Shown here piece after piece: positions 30,500 through 43,943 of a stretch of DNA of 64,000 nt. The DNA is taken from NCBI RefSeq assembly GCF_009914755.1, contig NC_060931.1. One strand, 5' to 3'. The DNA comes from the human T2T-CHM13v2.0 reference genome, Homo sapiens. Each line of letters starts with the position of its first letter. Position 1 is the stretch's first letter. The position numbers and the translations under genes were made by a program. The notes under the pieces are model-generated. The model was not told where the DNA came from. It did not search any database and saw only the letters and a program-made list of their open reading frames with translations.

Positions 30500-30790
30500 T
30501 TCTTTTTTGACAGGGTCTCACTCTGTTGCCCAGACTGGAGGGCAGTGGCACAATCAAGGATCATCACAGCCTCAAACTCCTGGGCCAAGTGATCTTCCCT
30601 CCTCAGCCTCCTGAGTCACTGGGACTACAGGTGCACACCACCATGCCCAGCTAATTTTTAAAATTTTTCAGTATAGACAAGGTATAGATATGTGGCCCAG
30701 GCTGGTCTCTAACTCCTGGGCTCAAGCGATCCTCCTGTCTTGGCCTCCCCAAAGTACTGGGATTATAGGCATGAGCCACCGTGCCCAGCC
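30500..30790 (-). mobile_element. AluJ
   Basis: gacagggtctcac, cagcctcaaactcctggg, ctcaagcgatcctcc; diverged TSD ccgtaatgcatttct / ccataacacatctct. Confidence 0.92.
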
Positions 30791-30888
30791 CCATAACACA
30801 TCTCTATTCATTGCTTTTCTTCATGCTTCATTTCCTTGCAGGCTTGGACTTCTCAAAAGCATTCAAGTTATGCTTCTTGGGTGTGAGC

Positions 30889-30891
<3 letters not shown>

Positions 30892-30932
<41 letters not shown>
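30892..30932. repeat. (TG)20 microsatellite
   Basis: Direct read. Confidence 0.97.
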
Positions 30933-30933
<1 letters not shown>

Positions 30934-31284
30934 TCCTTCTGTTCTTTTTAAATGACTTTTGAAATCCAAGCCGATCAGGACTTTCTCCCCTTTACTCCTC
31001 ATTATAACAAGTTACAGTATATAATTAGGATTGACTTTTTAGAGACTGCTGCCCTTCCTGAGTCTTATAAAATTCCCTTTTGGAGCCTCTGGCCAGGGGA
31101 TCAGATCCTTTATATAGTTTCAGTGCATCCTTAACTTTTATTAGGCGGGTACCAAGAATCCCCCAGAATCCCATCCAAGCCTCCCCATCCTGCCTCTCAC
31201 CTGCCATTCTAGGCTTTCCTCTGACTCCACGCTCCGGCACACCTCTACGTGTCCAATATGTGAATACAAGGGTTGTTATCCCAG

Positions 31285-31590
31285 TTTCAGGCCTTTGTTC
31301 TCACCATCCTTTCCACCTAGAATCCTTTTCCTCTCAATCTCTTCCTGTTGAAATCCTCCCAACTTACCAATGCTTTGTCTAAATGTCAGCTCTTCTATAA
31401 AGCATTTGAGTCTTCATTCTTCCTCTCAGCTCTGTGAAGCTTACCACATTCTATCTCAAAATAGTTGTGTACACATCTGACATCCCTTGGTAAGGTGTAA
31501 GTGCCTTGGAACCTATGGCAATGTCTGATCCCTCATTGCATCCCCAACACCACTGAGCATAGTCCCTAAAAGGTTATTAGCAAGTGTTTT
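31285..31590 (+). mobile_element. L2 3' fragment
   Basis: tcaggcctttg...aaatgtcagctcttcta...cattgcatcccca. Confidence 0.6.
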
Positions 31591-31939
31591 TAAAGCAGAT
31601 ATGCCCTGCTATTAGAATATGAATTTAAATTAGGTAAATACAGTTGAAGTCCCTTATGACTCTTCTATCTTGCTTTCCTGCCAATTTTGTGATAGCTATT
31701 AGAAAATCACCATCCACATCTGCCATCTGGCTGGTTTAATGTCAATTCGCACAGGATGTCATACTTCTGCCTCTTCCCTTAGTCCTACCCAAAAGTCTCC
31801 AATATGCTTCCACTGTCCAGGCAGCACTACACTCCTCCTTTGTACACAATTCTCTCAGAAGTAGACCTGGAGGTGGAGGGAACACCAGAACAGATGCAAA
31901 AGAAGTGAAACAGGCCAGGAAGGGCAGTCAATAAGAAGG

Positions 31940-32575
31940 ACACAATACACTGTTGGAGGGAGTGTAAATTAGTTCAACCATTGTAGAAAGCAGTGTGGCA
32001 ACTCCTCAAAGAGCTAAAAACAGAACTACCATTCAACCCAGCAATCCCACTACTGGGTATATACCCAAAGGAATATAAATCATTCGACCATAAAGACACC
32101 TGCACACATATGTTCATTGAAGCACTATTCACAATAGCAAAGACATGGAATTAACCTAAATGCCCATCAATGGTAGAGTGGATAAAGAAAATATGGTACA
32201 TACACACCATGAAATACTACACAGCCATAGAAAAGAACAAGATCAGGTCCTTTGTAGGAACACGGATGGAGCTGGAGGCTATTATCCTTAGCAAACTAAT
32301 GCAGGAACAGAAAACCAAATACTGTGTGTTTTGACTTATAAGTGGGACCTAAATGATGAGACCACATGAACACAAAGATGGGAACAACAGACACTGGGTT
32401 CTACTTGAGGATGGAGAGTGGGAGGAGGGAGAGGAGCAGAAAAAAACAACTATTGGGAACTGGGCTTAGCACCTGGGTGATGAAATAATCTGTACAACAA
32501 ACCTCCATGACACAAGTTTACCTATATAACAAATCTGCACGTGTACCCCTGAACCTAAAATAAAAGCTTTAAAAA
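31940..32575 (+). mobile_element. L1PA15/16-like 3' end
   Basis: ORF2 end plus 3'UTR gaaataatctgtacaacaaacc...gtacccctgaacctaaaataaaag. Confidence 0.92.
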
Positions 32576-32577
32576 GG

Positions 32578-32734
32578 GTTGCTAGGCAACCATGCTGATT
32601 GGCAGCACATGCTTCTGTTATTCCACCTGGTGGTGGAAGCAGCACCTATTCGTTGGCTTTGGAGTCAGAATGGCTAGCAGCAACAGAAAAGGGCACTTCA
32701 CTGACATAGGATTCCCATTCATCTAGAGGCAAAA
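32578..32734 (+). repeat. 157-bp local direct duplication, copy 1 (RFX / CCAAT / CTCF-like motifs)
   Basis: 144/157 identical, ungapped, to 34670-34826. Confidence 0.95.
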
Positions 32735-33009
32735 GCAAGCTACCAAAGTGGGCAACTGAAACTTAATCATCAGGTAAAACTTTGGGAAATGGTGTAAAAC
32801 CCTTGCTTCAAAACTATCTTACTTGAAGGTCAAGGTGATGGCAGCTCCTGGGGGCAGTTAATTCCTTCCAGCAGTGCACACGGGCAGGAAGAAAGTGACC
32901 TTCCAGAGAAAGTCCTCTGGCACACAGATGCAGACATTGGCAGACAGACACGTGCTAGAGCTGCTGGGCTGGAGCACAATGAAATGGCAAGATTCAAGGG
33001 CTACAGGCA

Positions 33010-33385
33010 AAAGTGTGTTGGTAAATGTGCAACAACTGCCCCTCTAGGGCAAGACACTCTGGTTTGTGGTGTTTTATAAATACTACCAGTCCCACCATGG
33101 TGCATTCTAAGCTTCCAACTAGCTCACCCGACACTGAACTGGGAAGGACAACACAGCAGCATACCATTAGCCCACATAGAGTATTTTCCCCATACAGACA
33201 CAGCAGACATAAACAATAGTAAAAGGTAGTAAAACAATTAGGAAGTGATGAGTTTTGAGTATGCATTACCTTTGTTTTTGAGATAATTATAATTTTGCAT
33301 AATTTGATGTTTACTAATTACCATTTAACAACTGGCTTGCAAAATTCCTGAAAATTCAACCAATGGCATTCATGAGCTAATCAAA
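33010..33385 (+). mobile_element. MER63-like hAT element
   Basis: gtgtgttggtaaatg...aacaact start; attaggaagtgatgagttttgagta; aacaactggcttgcaaaattcctgaaaatt. Confidence 0.7.
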
Positions 33386-33433
33386 CATGAGAGGGCACTA
33401 AAGTAGGTGTTCGTTTTGAAAATGTACCCTTTT

Positions 33434-33510
33434 GGCCAGGCATAGTCACTCATGCCTGTAATGCCAGCACTTTGGGAAGCCAAGGCAGGAGTATCACTTG
33501 AGCCCAGGAG
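33434..33510 (+). mobile_element. Alu left-arm/FLAM fragment
   Basis: ggccaggcatagtcactcatgcctgtaatgccagcactttgg...gagcccaggag, truncated. Confidence 0.88.
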
Positions 33511-33596
33511 AAAGGAAGGGAGGGAGGGAGGGAGGGAGGGGAAGAGAAGGGAGGGAGGGAAGGAAGGCAGGCAGGCAGGCAGTCAAGAAGGAAGGC
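33511..33596. repeat. (GGGA)n/(GGAA)n/(GGCA)n purine-rich repeat
   Basis: Direct read. Confidence 0.9.
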
Positions 33597-34669
33597 CTTT
33601 CTATGCTGTATCCTACCTCTGAGGCACAAGCAGAACTGTACACAAGCCCAGGTTGCCTAAGAGCTAGTTAGAGACGGGTCCATCATTTTGCAACAGAAGA
33701 GGATGTACTCAAGTTCAGCTTCCCACAGAATGGGGGTCTTCCTCCCCCAGTGGGGCTTGCAACACTCCCTGGGCCCCAAAGTTTCCAGAGGCTGGAAAGG
33801 CTAACTTTCCAGACAACTCAGCTTTCTAACCACGTGGCCTCATGCAGATTGATTATTCCTCCACTGACAAAACTATTTTGTTTTTGTTGTTGTTGTTTTC
33901 CACTTTCTCAATAAATAGAGAGAACCACAGGGGAGCAGAGGGTTCCTTCGCTAAAACACAGATACACACGAAGGGTTCTGTGGCACCCTGATCCCTGCCC
34001 ACCTTTCCATGAGATGATGAGAAACAGCCAAAAATCTTCGGTTCTTGTTCTTTAAGTGTTCTCAATAGTGCCTATTTTTTCATCCATACCATGACACTGT
34101 GGAATTTGTCCCAAATCTTTTTAGGACAGTTGGTGACCACAAAGTGACCATGTTGCATGACACTTCCAAATCTCAATAAGATCTAGGAGACAGAGTACTG
34201 TCTTGTATTAAAATTTGATATTCACTCTGTGTATCTTTCCCACTGTGGTTGTTTCTACTTTATACCTGGTGTCCTCTGTAAAATCTCTTTTTTGTTTTTC
34301 AGATTATCTAGGCATTTGTCTCCCACTTCCTCATATTCAATGAGAATTGCATGCCTGCCAGACACATTATTTCTTGTTTCATGATACACTTTATCCTTTG
34401 CCAGGAGCCCATTATTCTTACAGCTTAAGCCATAGCCAGAAACCCAAATCCTATTTTTCAATACTTATCTATGTAGCCAGATGATCATATCCTACATCCC
34501 CCTTTCACTTCCAAATTTAGCTTCCAAAGATAGTCCAGCTTCCCAGCCTCAGAATCACAACTTCCAAGGCTGACATGGAGGGTCCATGTAATCATTGTGT
34601 TCATCAAGCACCTTAAACTAAAATATATTGTGCCCCCACACTGATAGACAATGAATAGCATCTCCTCCT

Positions 34670-34826
34670 GTTGCTAGGCAACCATGCTGATTGGCAGCAC
34701 ATGCTCCTGTTATTCCACCTAGTGATGGAAGCAGCACCTATTCACTGGCTCTGGAGTCAGAATGGCTGGCAGCAGCAGCAAAGGGCACTTCACTGATGTT
34801 GGATTCCCATTAATCTAGAGGCAAAA
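34670..34826 (+). repeat. 157-bp local direct duplication, copy 2
   Basis: 144/157 identical to 32578-32734; offset 2092 bp. Confidence 0.95.
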
Positions 34827-35239
34827 AGGATTCCAGAATGGGAATGGGAATAAGAAGAATGTTCACCTCATCTGCTCTAGGTGAGAATCATAGTCTTTGA
34901 AGACAGAACCACACTAGGAAGGGTCCTACACAGGAGAGCACTTTAACCTATTTACTTACCTAGACGTTTAAATAGAACAACTAGCAGCTAAAGTGCAAAG
35001 CCAAAGACATCTCCAATCACTGTGGCTACACAAGAAAAGCCATCAGACTGACATGTTTCTTTAGCACAAGACCTGGAACCGAGTGCTTCATAAATGTTTG
35101 GTGAATAAGTGAATGACATTTATCTGTATCCCAAGAATTTGTGTTGAAGTACATTCCAGTTTCTGGAATCTCCTAGGTTTTTAGTTGGTCTGTAATCATA
35201 TTTTGTAAGTGATCAAATGTGCATATCTTTTGCCTCCAT

Positions 35240-36720
35240 ACTGCTGCATTTCTTCCCTCAATCCCCATTTACTTTTCAGTCAATTCCAAAGTAAGCTTCC
35301 ATCTCAAATGCTCCACTAGAACAGCTCTCACTAACGTCACTAATGACCTTCATGGTGCTAAATTCAACGGCATTTTAGTTCTCATCTTACTTGACTCCTC
35401 TGTCCCGGTCTACTCTCTTCCCTTAGCTTTTATGAGCCTCATCCTCATTTTTTTTTTCCTGCATAACTGGAAATTCCTTCTTGTCTTTTATTGGCTGATA
35501 CCTCCCCAACCCTAAAGGCCAGTATTATTTAAGACTCTGTCCTAGGCCCTCTTCCACTCCTATTCTATTCCTACTTCCAGGCAGTTGCAGCATCTTACAT
35601 GCCATCTACATGCCAAAGGATCCCAAATCTCCCTCCTTTAAGCTCCAGCTTAACTCCCTGTAAGACCAGTAAGACTAGACCCGTATTTGACATCACCATT
35701 TGAATGTCTCAATGACATTTAAATTCAACCTGCCTAAACCTGAATACATAATTATGTAACATACTTATTGAGTACCTACTGTGTGTCAGGAACTGTTCTG
35801 GAGTTCAGAGACATCAGTGAATAAGTCTGTGCCCCTGACCTTATGGGGCATAAAAACACCCTCTATTCCACCACTCCCAATTTGATCCTTTCTCAGTATT
35901 CCCCACCTCCCTGTGGGGCACAGCTGTTCAACCAAGTGCAAAACCCAAGGACTGTAATCACCTTTAACATGTCTCTCTCTCTCTTCCCACCCTCAACCAC
36001 ACCCATTCCTAATACTGCCAATTTTATCTCTTAAATACATCTGATGTTGATTCAAATCTCAAGTCTGTTTATCTGCTCTATTACCTCCCTATTCATCTTG
36101 CATGAATTGCTTCAATGGCTTTTTTTTTTTGAGACAGAGTCTCACTCTGTCACCCAGGCTGGAGTGCAGTAGCACAATCTCAGCTCACTGAGACCTCCAC
36201 CTCCCAGGTGCAAGAAATTCTCGTGCCTCAGCCACCCAAGTAGCTGGGATAATAGGTGTGCGCCACCATGCCCAGCTAATTAATGTATTTTTAGTAGAGA
36301 TGGCGTTTCAACATGTTGGCCAGGCTGGTCTTGAACTCCTGACCTCAAGTGATCTGCCTGTCTCAGCCTCCCAAAGTGATGGGATTACAGGTGTGAGCCA
36401 CTGCACCTCGCCTGGCTTCTAACTGGTGTTTCAGTGTTCATTCTAGTGTGCCTCTTCACATAGCAGCCACAGTGGTCTTTTCAAAAGGTAAATTTGATCA
36501 TGGGACTCTTCTTCCTCATTCATACCCCCAGGTTAAACCTCTAATTCCCTTCTATTTATTCCTTGGATATAAGACAAAATCCTCAGCAATGGCCGACAAA
36601 TCCTTGCTTACTATTCAGCCTCATCTTGAACAATAAATGCCCTCATTGTTCTATCCACACTTAACTTTTCCCTCCCCCAACTTTTCCCTCCCCCAAGAAA
36701 TCTGCTGTTTCTTTTACTGG
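35240..36720 (+). mobile_element. L2 relic interrupted by an opposite-strand L2 end (~35750-35850) and an Alu
   Basis: aacagctctcactaacgtcactaatgacc...ctctgtcctaggccctcttc...cacatagcagccacagtggtcttt. Confidence 0.7.
36120..36412 (-). mobile_element. AluSz-like
   Basis: Full Alu with cctgacctcaagtgatc; short TSD tggctt. Confidence 0.94.
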
Positions 36721-36732
36721 GAAATTCCTACG

Positions 36733-36758
36733 CACACACACACACAGACAGACAGACA

Positions 36759-36791
<33 letters not shown>
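36733..36791. repeat. Compound (CA)n(CAGA)n(CA)n microsatellite
   Basis: Direct read. Confidence 0.95.
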
Positions 36792-36793
<2 letters not shown>

Positions 36794-37306
36794 TCCTGGT
36801 AAAATTCTATTTCTTATGCAATCATAGCAGATAAGAGTTCCCTAACTTTCCATGTGTTCACTCAGTTTACAACTATATTTGCTTTGAACTATTTCCAAGG
36901 ATATCCATTAACCAATTAATGTTATCAAAAGTTAGCATAAGATACTTCTAGATAATCTTTTATTTCATTTGTTCTTTTAAAAAAATTGGTTACCATGTTC
37001 ACCTTGAGCTTCTTCTAAAATTTTAGCTCTTTTTCACCTGTGGTTTTTAAATATCTTTTTCATCTTTATTTTACCCTCCTTATGGATGTGAATGTGTGTA
37101 TTTATTGTCCTTAGCCTTAAATTTGCTTTTGTAAGTGATGGCATGTATATAGTAAATAAAATAAATAAATGAAAATATCTGACAGAAGTGGGCACGCAAT
37201 AGATATTTAATTAATCAATTCATTAGAAGAAAGAAAACCTGGTCTCAAATCACCTGTCACACTAACTTTACTAGAAAGATCAATTTATCTTTAAAATAAA
37301 AAGATT

Positions 37307-37520
37307 AGAGACTGCAATTTGGAGGCCTACAGGCCAATGTGTCTCACAGACATGTTTTGTTGGGATAGCACAGTGTTTGAATAAACTTTAAAACTTGATG
37401 CCTTTAGGCTGGGTTTATACTTTCTAGTTTGTGTAGTCATTATCACTTCCTACTATATTATCCCTGATAAGGTCATATGGATATTATTGGCCCTGGAAGG
37501 CATTTGGATTTGAGGATCTA
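37307..37520 (+). mobile_element. MER102 (hAT-Charlie)
   Basis: ggcctacaggcc...cagacatgttttgtt...gcacagtgtt...atgcctttaggc...gaaggcatttg. Confidence 0.7.
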
Positions 37521-38054
37521 AAGGATGATGTGATCTTGAAGGTCTCTTCTAACTGTAAAAACCATGTATGTCTTTATTTTATGAGAAACATTTATGAAAT
37601 GATGGGGAAAAACTGGATTTAGCTAACATCAAAATGTAAAGAATAACAGGTAAAACTCAGCTAATGTCCAGGTACTCTCAACAACACAGAATATTCTGGA
37701 AAATTTATTTACAAAAGATGAAAGAATGGCTTAATGCTTATAACATCTGGAGATCAGAATTCTGACATAGAGATTAAAACAAATATGTTAAAATGGTCTC
37801 ATCTTAATAAGCTCAGAATTGCAGGTTAGCTGTTCGTGTAACACAAGACACAGCACAATCTGCCAGTCCTGGCAGCCTCTGCTCACTAACCAGGCTCAGT
37901 ATAAACACCAGAGGCAAATAGAGATATATCTGACAATGAGACACAGATCTTTCACCCCATCCCCACTAACCTTCATTTTTGTGAATGAATTTTTTATTTT
38001 ATTAAAATTCAACTGCCTTCATGCAAAAGCTACTTTAGAAAAACCCTAGTTCCT

Positions 38055-38326
38055 GGCCGGGCGTGGTGGCTCATGCCTGTAATCCCAGCTCTTTGGGAGG
38101 CCAAGGTGGTCACATCACTTGAGGTCAGGAGTTAGAGACCAGCCTGGCCAACATGGTAAAACCCTGTCTCTACTAAAAATACAAAAATTAGCCAGGTGTG
38201 GTGGCGCATGCCTGTTATCCCAGCTACTCAAGAGGCTGAGGAGGAGAATCGCTTGAACCCAGGAGGTGGAGGTTGCAGTGAGCCGAGATTGCGCCATTGC
38301 ACTCCATCTCAAAAAAAGAAAAAAAA
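38055..38326 (+). mobile_element. AluSz/Sx with ~25-bp deletion between the two actcc repeats at its 3' end
   Basis: gcactccatctc junction; TSD agaaaaaccctagttYct at 38037-38054 and 38327-38344. Confidence 0.95.
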
Positions 38327-38959
38327 AGAAAAACCCTAGTTTCTGAAATTAAGGCTTCCTATATTGTGTCTCCCAGACATGTTTTTAGAAATATACCTCT
38401 AAAGACTGAGAAACAACCTTAATATCAAAATTTTTTCATATACTGAATAGCCAACTGTAAAACCTTTGATATAATTTTTATTTTAATTTTACTTATAATC
38501 CTTAAATTTCACATCATATTTCTCAAAAGGTGAAAAAATGATCTAAAACCTTGTCTAATCCTATTCTCCAAATGGGAAATATTATAAATAGGGATGTGCA
38601 AATTTCTAATAATAACTGAATTATCTAATTATGTTGTGTTTCACTGATTCAAATACATACTATCTTCCAACATTATTTATTTTTCAGATACAGGAATCGT
38701 AGTCTGACCCTCTTGAATAAATGAGTCACCACATTAGGACCTCAGTCATCTGTGAGGAAACAATGTGTCAATTAGATATGTCAATTAAGACTCAAATGTC
38801 ACCTGGATCTATCTAGAGCAGCTTTCGGGAGTAGATGATTTTTCTCGAAAACAGTTATATAGATGCTTTGAAAAAGGTGATCATGAAGGGAAAACTTATT
38901 TCATTACTTTCCCAAATTTTTATGAGCTAAAAAAGTCATTCTCCTAAAGTTTTATAAGC

Positions 38960-39319
<360 letters not shown>

Positions 39320-39359
39320 TAATTTTGTAGTGATTAGATAGAAAATAAATAGAAAAATG

Positions 39360-39950
39360 AAGCAACATGTTCAATAAACATATAAAAATATACTAACCTC
39401 ATTAACAATGAAAGAAAATCCCAACAGTAGTCAGATAAAAATTTTTGTCTATCAAAAAGCCCAAGATAAATACAGACAGACACAAACACACACACATGCA
39501 TACCACGCACATATGATGAAATGAACCAGTATTAGAATATGAGCACTCATGAACAGTGGTGGGTTGGTATAACCATTCTTTGTGTACTTTGCCAATATGC
39601 ATCAAGACCTTTAAAATAATCATGCTCCTTGATCTAGCAATTACACTTTTACAAATGTATCCTAAGGAAATAAACACACAGCCAGAGATTTATGTTTAAT
39701 ACTATATACCACAATGCTATTTACAGTAATGAAAAACTGGAACAGCCTAAATGTTCAATGTTCAAAGGATGGTTATATTAATTATTGTACAATCACCTGA
39801 GGATCTATCATGTAGCCATTAAAAAGCTTGTTTGTGAGAGATACATACTAATGTGGTAAATATTTGACAATAAAATGTTAAGTGGAAAAAGTAGGAGACC
39901 AAATTCTATGTAATGGTAGGATCCAATTCTGTTTAAAAGCATATTTATAC
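39360..39950 (+). mobile_element. Old L1M (L1ME-like) 3' fragment
   Basis: ttgatctagcaattacactttt...tatcctaaggaaataa...gaaaaactggaacagcctaaatgttcaa. Confidence 0.7.
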
Positions 39951-40189
39951 ATGTTCTGCTTGTTGAACTGGATGAAGGTTACATGGGCCTGTTTAGTTCG
40001 TGAAAACTCAACAATCTGTACATGTATATTATTTATTATTTTTCTATATCCATGATATACATTAAGAAGCCATTCGTTAATGGTTGATGTTTTATACATA
40101 TACCCAGTCCAAAAAAATGGAAAGAAATATGAACAAAAAACCATTTTAATCTTCCCAGTATTTGCCTCGGTAATTTACTGGGGTTGGAG

Positions 40190-40380
40190 GAAGGCTCATC
40201 TGGAAAGCAAAAGCGCTCCAAGACCAAGTTTCACTACTTGTTGGCTGGGTTGCCTAGGGCTACATGACCTCTTTGAGTTTCACTCTCCTTATCTGTAAAA
40301 GAGGGTTACTGTGATTCAGGAATTAAATAAAACGATTTATATGAATTTTTCTAGAAGGCTGTATGGTCCGTTATTATGAA
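40190..40380 (+). mobile_element. MIR
   Basis: acctctttgagtttcactctccttatctgtaaaagaggg. Confidence 0.6.
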
Positions 40381-41122
40381 TAATTGAATACATACAACAG
40401 TTATGTGTTCAAACTATTAGATTTGTTATTACAACCTTAAAACTACCATACAATGGGCATTAAGTTCTTGTCAAGAACGTGGTTACTGAAAGTAATCACT
40501 AAAAACACAAAGTATACTGTACTATGGCATCAACCTCCTGTCTTGCGACTATCTCTGCTGTCCAGCAGCTGCTATCCTTTCCATATCCCCTTATGTGGAC
40601 CCCCAAGCTCTCATTCCCTGCAGCACCCAGTAGAGTTCCAGGGCTGGCCTGGGAGCACCTTGAGGCATAAACCTCTCATATCCCTGATAAAATAACCAAA
40701 TCTGAAACCTGAAAGGAACCAAATTGCTTTAATTTGCTTCCAGATTCAATAAAATTGCTTCCTTTGGTGGTGGATTGGCTGGGTGATTGATTGGATAATG
40801 GATTCAGAGAAGAGATACCTGAAACCAAAAGTTTCCACAATTATTTTGTTAGTGAAATAATCTTATGAGATATCAGCTGTGAGTACTATTTCCTTCCTTT
40901 GTTATGCTTTTGCCTGCTTTCTAACATTTTGAAGGACATTTTGGATTCCATCCAAGCCTGGAAACTTCATTGCTAAATTAATAGTAACCTCTAATTCTAA
41001 AGGTCAAGAATGAATTGAGGTTAGCTTCTACGCAATAAGCGTTCAAGGCCCAAATCTTCCTCCCTGGATGTTATTACCCCTGGGTCACCTCCCCTTCCCT
41101 TCCTGCCCCCTCACCATCAGGT

Positions 41123-41146
41123 TGACACGAGACTGACACGAGACTG
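41123..41146. repeat. Perfect 11-bp tandem duplication (tgacacgagac x2)
   Basis: Direct read. Confidence 0.9.
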
Positions 41147-42127
41147 GTACAATTTCTCTAAGACATACTACCCCTCAGAAGAGCTTAGACTTCCGTAACT
41201 GTCACCTTGGGAGAGTTTTAACACATCTAGAAAAAGAGAAAGATGTATTCAAGTTTCTACTAGACTTACTCTGACCATAAATCCCAAATCCTCCTGTGTT
41301 TCCTTTAAGTGGTAGGTAAAACATTTTTAGGTAAGTGAACTTATTAAGACAAATATCAGTTGTCAAGATTGTTCGAAGGGCATGGAAGAATACAAACCAT
41401 TTCTTTCCTCTTAAAGCAGACTGGCTTTCTCCCCATTCAGTCAAACTCACAAGTAAAACCCCCATCTAGAGCTAATTGATTTCTTATTTGGAATATCTAT
41501 TTTATTTTATTAGTTTCTATCTTCAACCATACCTAGTCAAATGAAAATTATTTTTCATGTATTAAAATAAAGTTAAATGTTTTCTAATCATAAATTTAAT
41601 GTCTACTCATTCTAAAATTTTGAAAAAAATTTTAAATGTTCTAGAAAAAAGATAAAATTATTTGAAACATCATCATCCAGAAATCACTGCTGTCAAGATT
41701 CTAGTCCAAACACATATATAAACTCATAACATTTAACAATGAACATTTGTTTACTACTTCCCTGGTAATCAAAGAGCTGGTGACTTTTGGAAACTAAAAA
41801 GTTACAAAAGAGGCTATGAGTAAACTGGTAACATTATCAGACTGTTTCAGGGATCCGCAGAACACTAGACCACTGTGACAGAGAGAGAGAACTTGCAAGG
41901 CATCAGTATCTCTTTAAATAAAGCTGACATGTACATCATAATGTCAAAATACTATATTATCATTATATTTACTATATAATAAATTATATGTAATTACTAA
42001 TATATTAAGTATTAGCATAGTTTTAAGAATTAAAATACAATTTGATTTACTGTATTTTACACACTATACATTTTCATAAAGCAAAAACTAAATTTGTGCC
42101 TATAACACTTATTAAGAGATACTTTTT

Positions 42128-42445
42128 AAAATTAACATCAATCACCTCGCATACTTATAATTTTGTGGTGAGAACATTTAAAATCTGCTAACTTAGCAAT
42201 TTTCAAGGATACAGTAATTAATAGTTACAGTCACCATGCTGTATAGTAGATCTCCAGAATTTATTTATCCCGTCTAACTGGAACTTTGTACCCATTAACC
42301 AACATCTTCCACCCTCCCCGACAATCCCTTGGCAACCCCCATTCTATTCTCTGCTTCTGTGAGCTTGAATATTTTAGGGTACATATATAAATGAGATCAC
42401 AGAGTATTTGTCTTTCGGTGTCTGGCTTATTTACTTAGCATAATG
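42128..42445 (-). mobile_element. L1MA-type 3'UTR fragment
   Basis: tgtggtgagaacatttaaaatct...gtcaccatgctgt...agatctccagaa...ctggcttattt. Confidence 0.85.
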
Positions 42446-42464
42446 AGAGAGACATTTCCTAGCT

Positions 42465-43011
<547 letters not shown>

Positions 43012-43574
43012 TCAAGAATCAAAACTCAAAGAATCATTTATACTTTTTGGTGTCACTGTACAGACATAGCCAGAAATAAGTGTACACTTAAAGGATTTAG
43101 TGAAGTCAATGACTTTCTTCTAAATTGAATACAATAAATAATGTGATGGGATAAGAATAACCGTATCATTGAAAACCTAGTTTTCTCTCTCAAAATAGAA
43201 AAGCTGCTCCCTTGCTAGAAAGAAGGCAAGTTTAGCCTTGGTCATAGTGGATGTAACAGGAGTGGGTACCAAGTTGGAGATAAGATGGGACACCACTTGT
43301 ATTAAAATTGTGACAGCTGCCCTGAGCCAGAAACACATTTACATCCTGACCACCGGCCTGTTAGAATAATCATGTAAAGCTTTGTGCAGGAGATTTAATG
43401 AAGGGGAAGCCATGATGTTCAGTGGCATAACATGGAAATTTAATGAGACCTTCTTGAGGCTGCACTCAAATTAAATGTGCAAATTTGGGGAGAATAGACT
43501 CCTGAGGACTAACTATACCCTCCAGAGAAGTGTTAGGTGAGTTCACAAAACTTGAATCTAAAAAGCTCCACTTA

Positions 43575-43943
<369 letters not shown>

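Noticed and set aside
32578-34826. The 157-bp repeats as LTRs of a TRIM-like element, or as an MHC-II SXY module
   Set aside because: No TG...CA ends, TSD, PBS or PPT, and the interior holds unrelated older repeats; X-to-Y spacing is 4 bp rather than about 20 bp and no S box is evident
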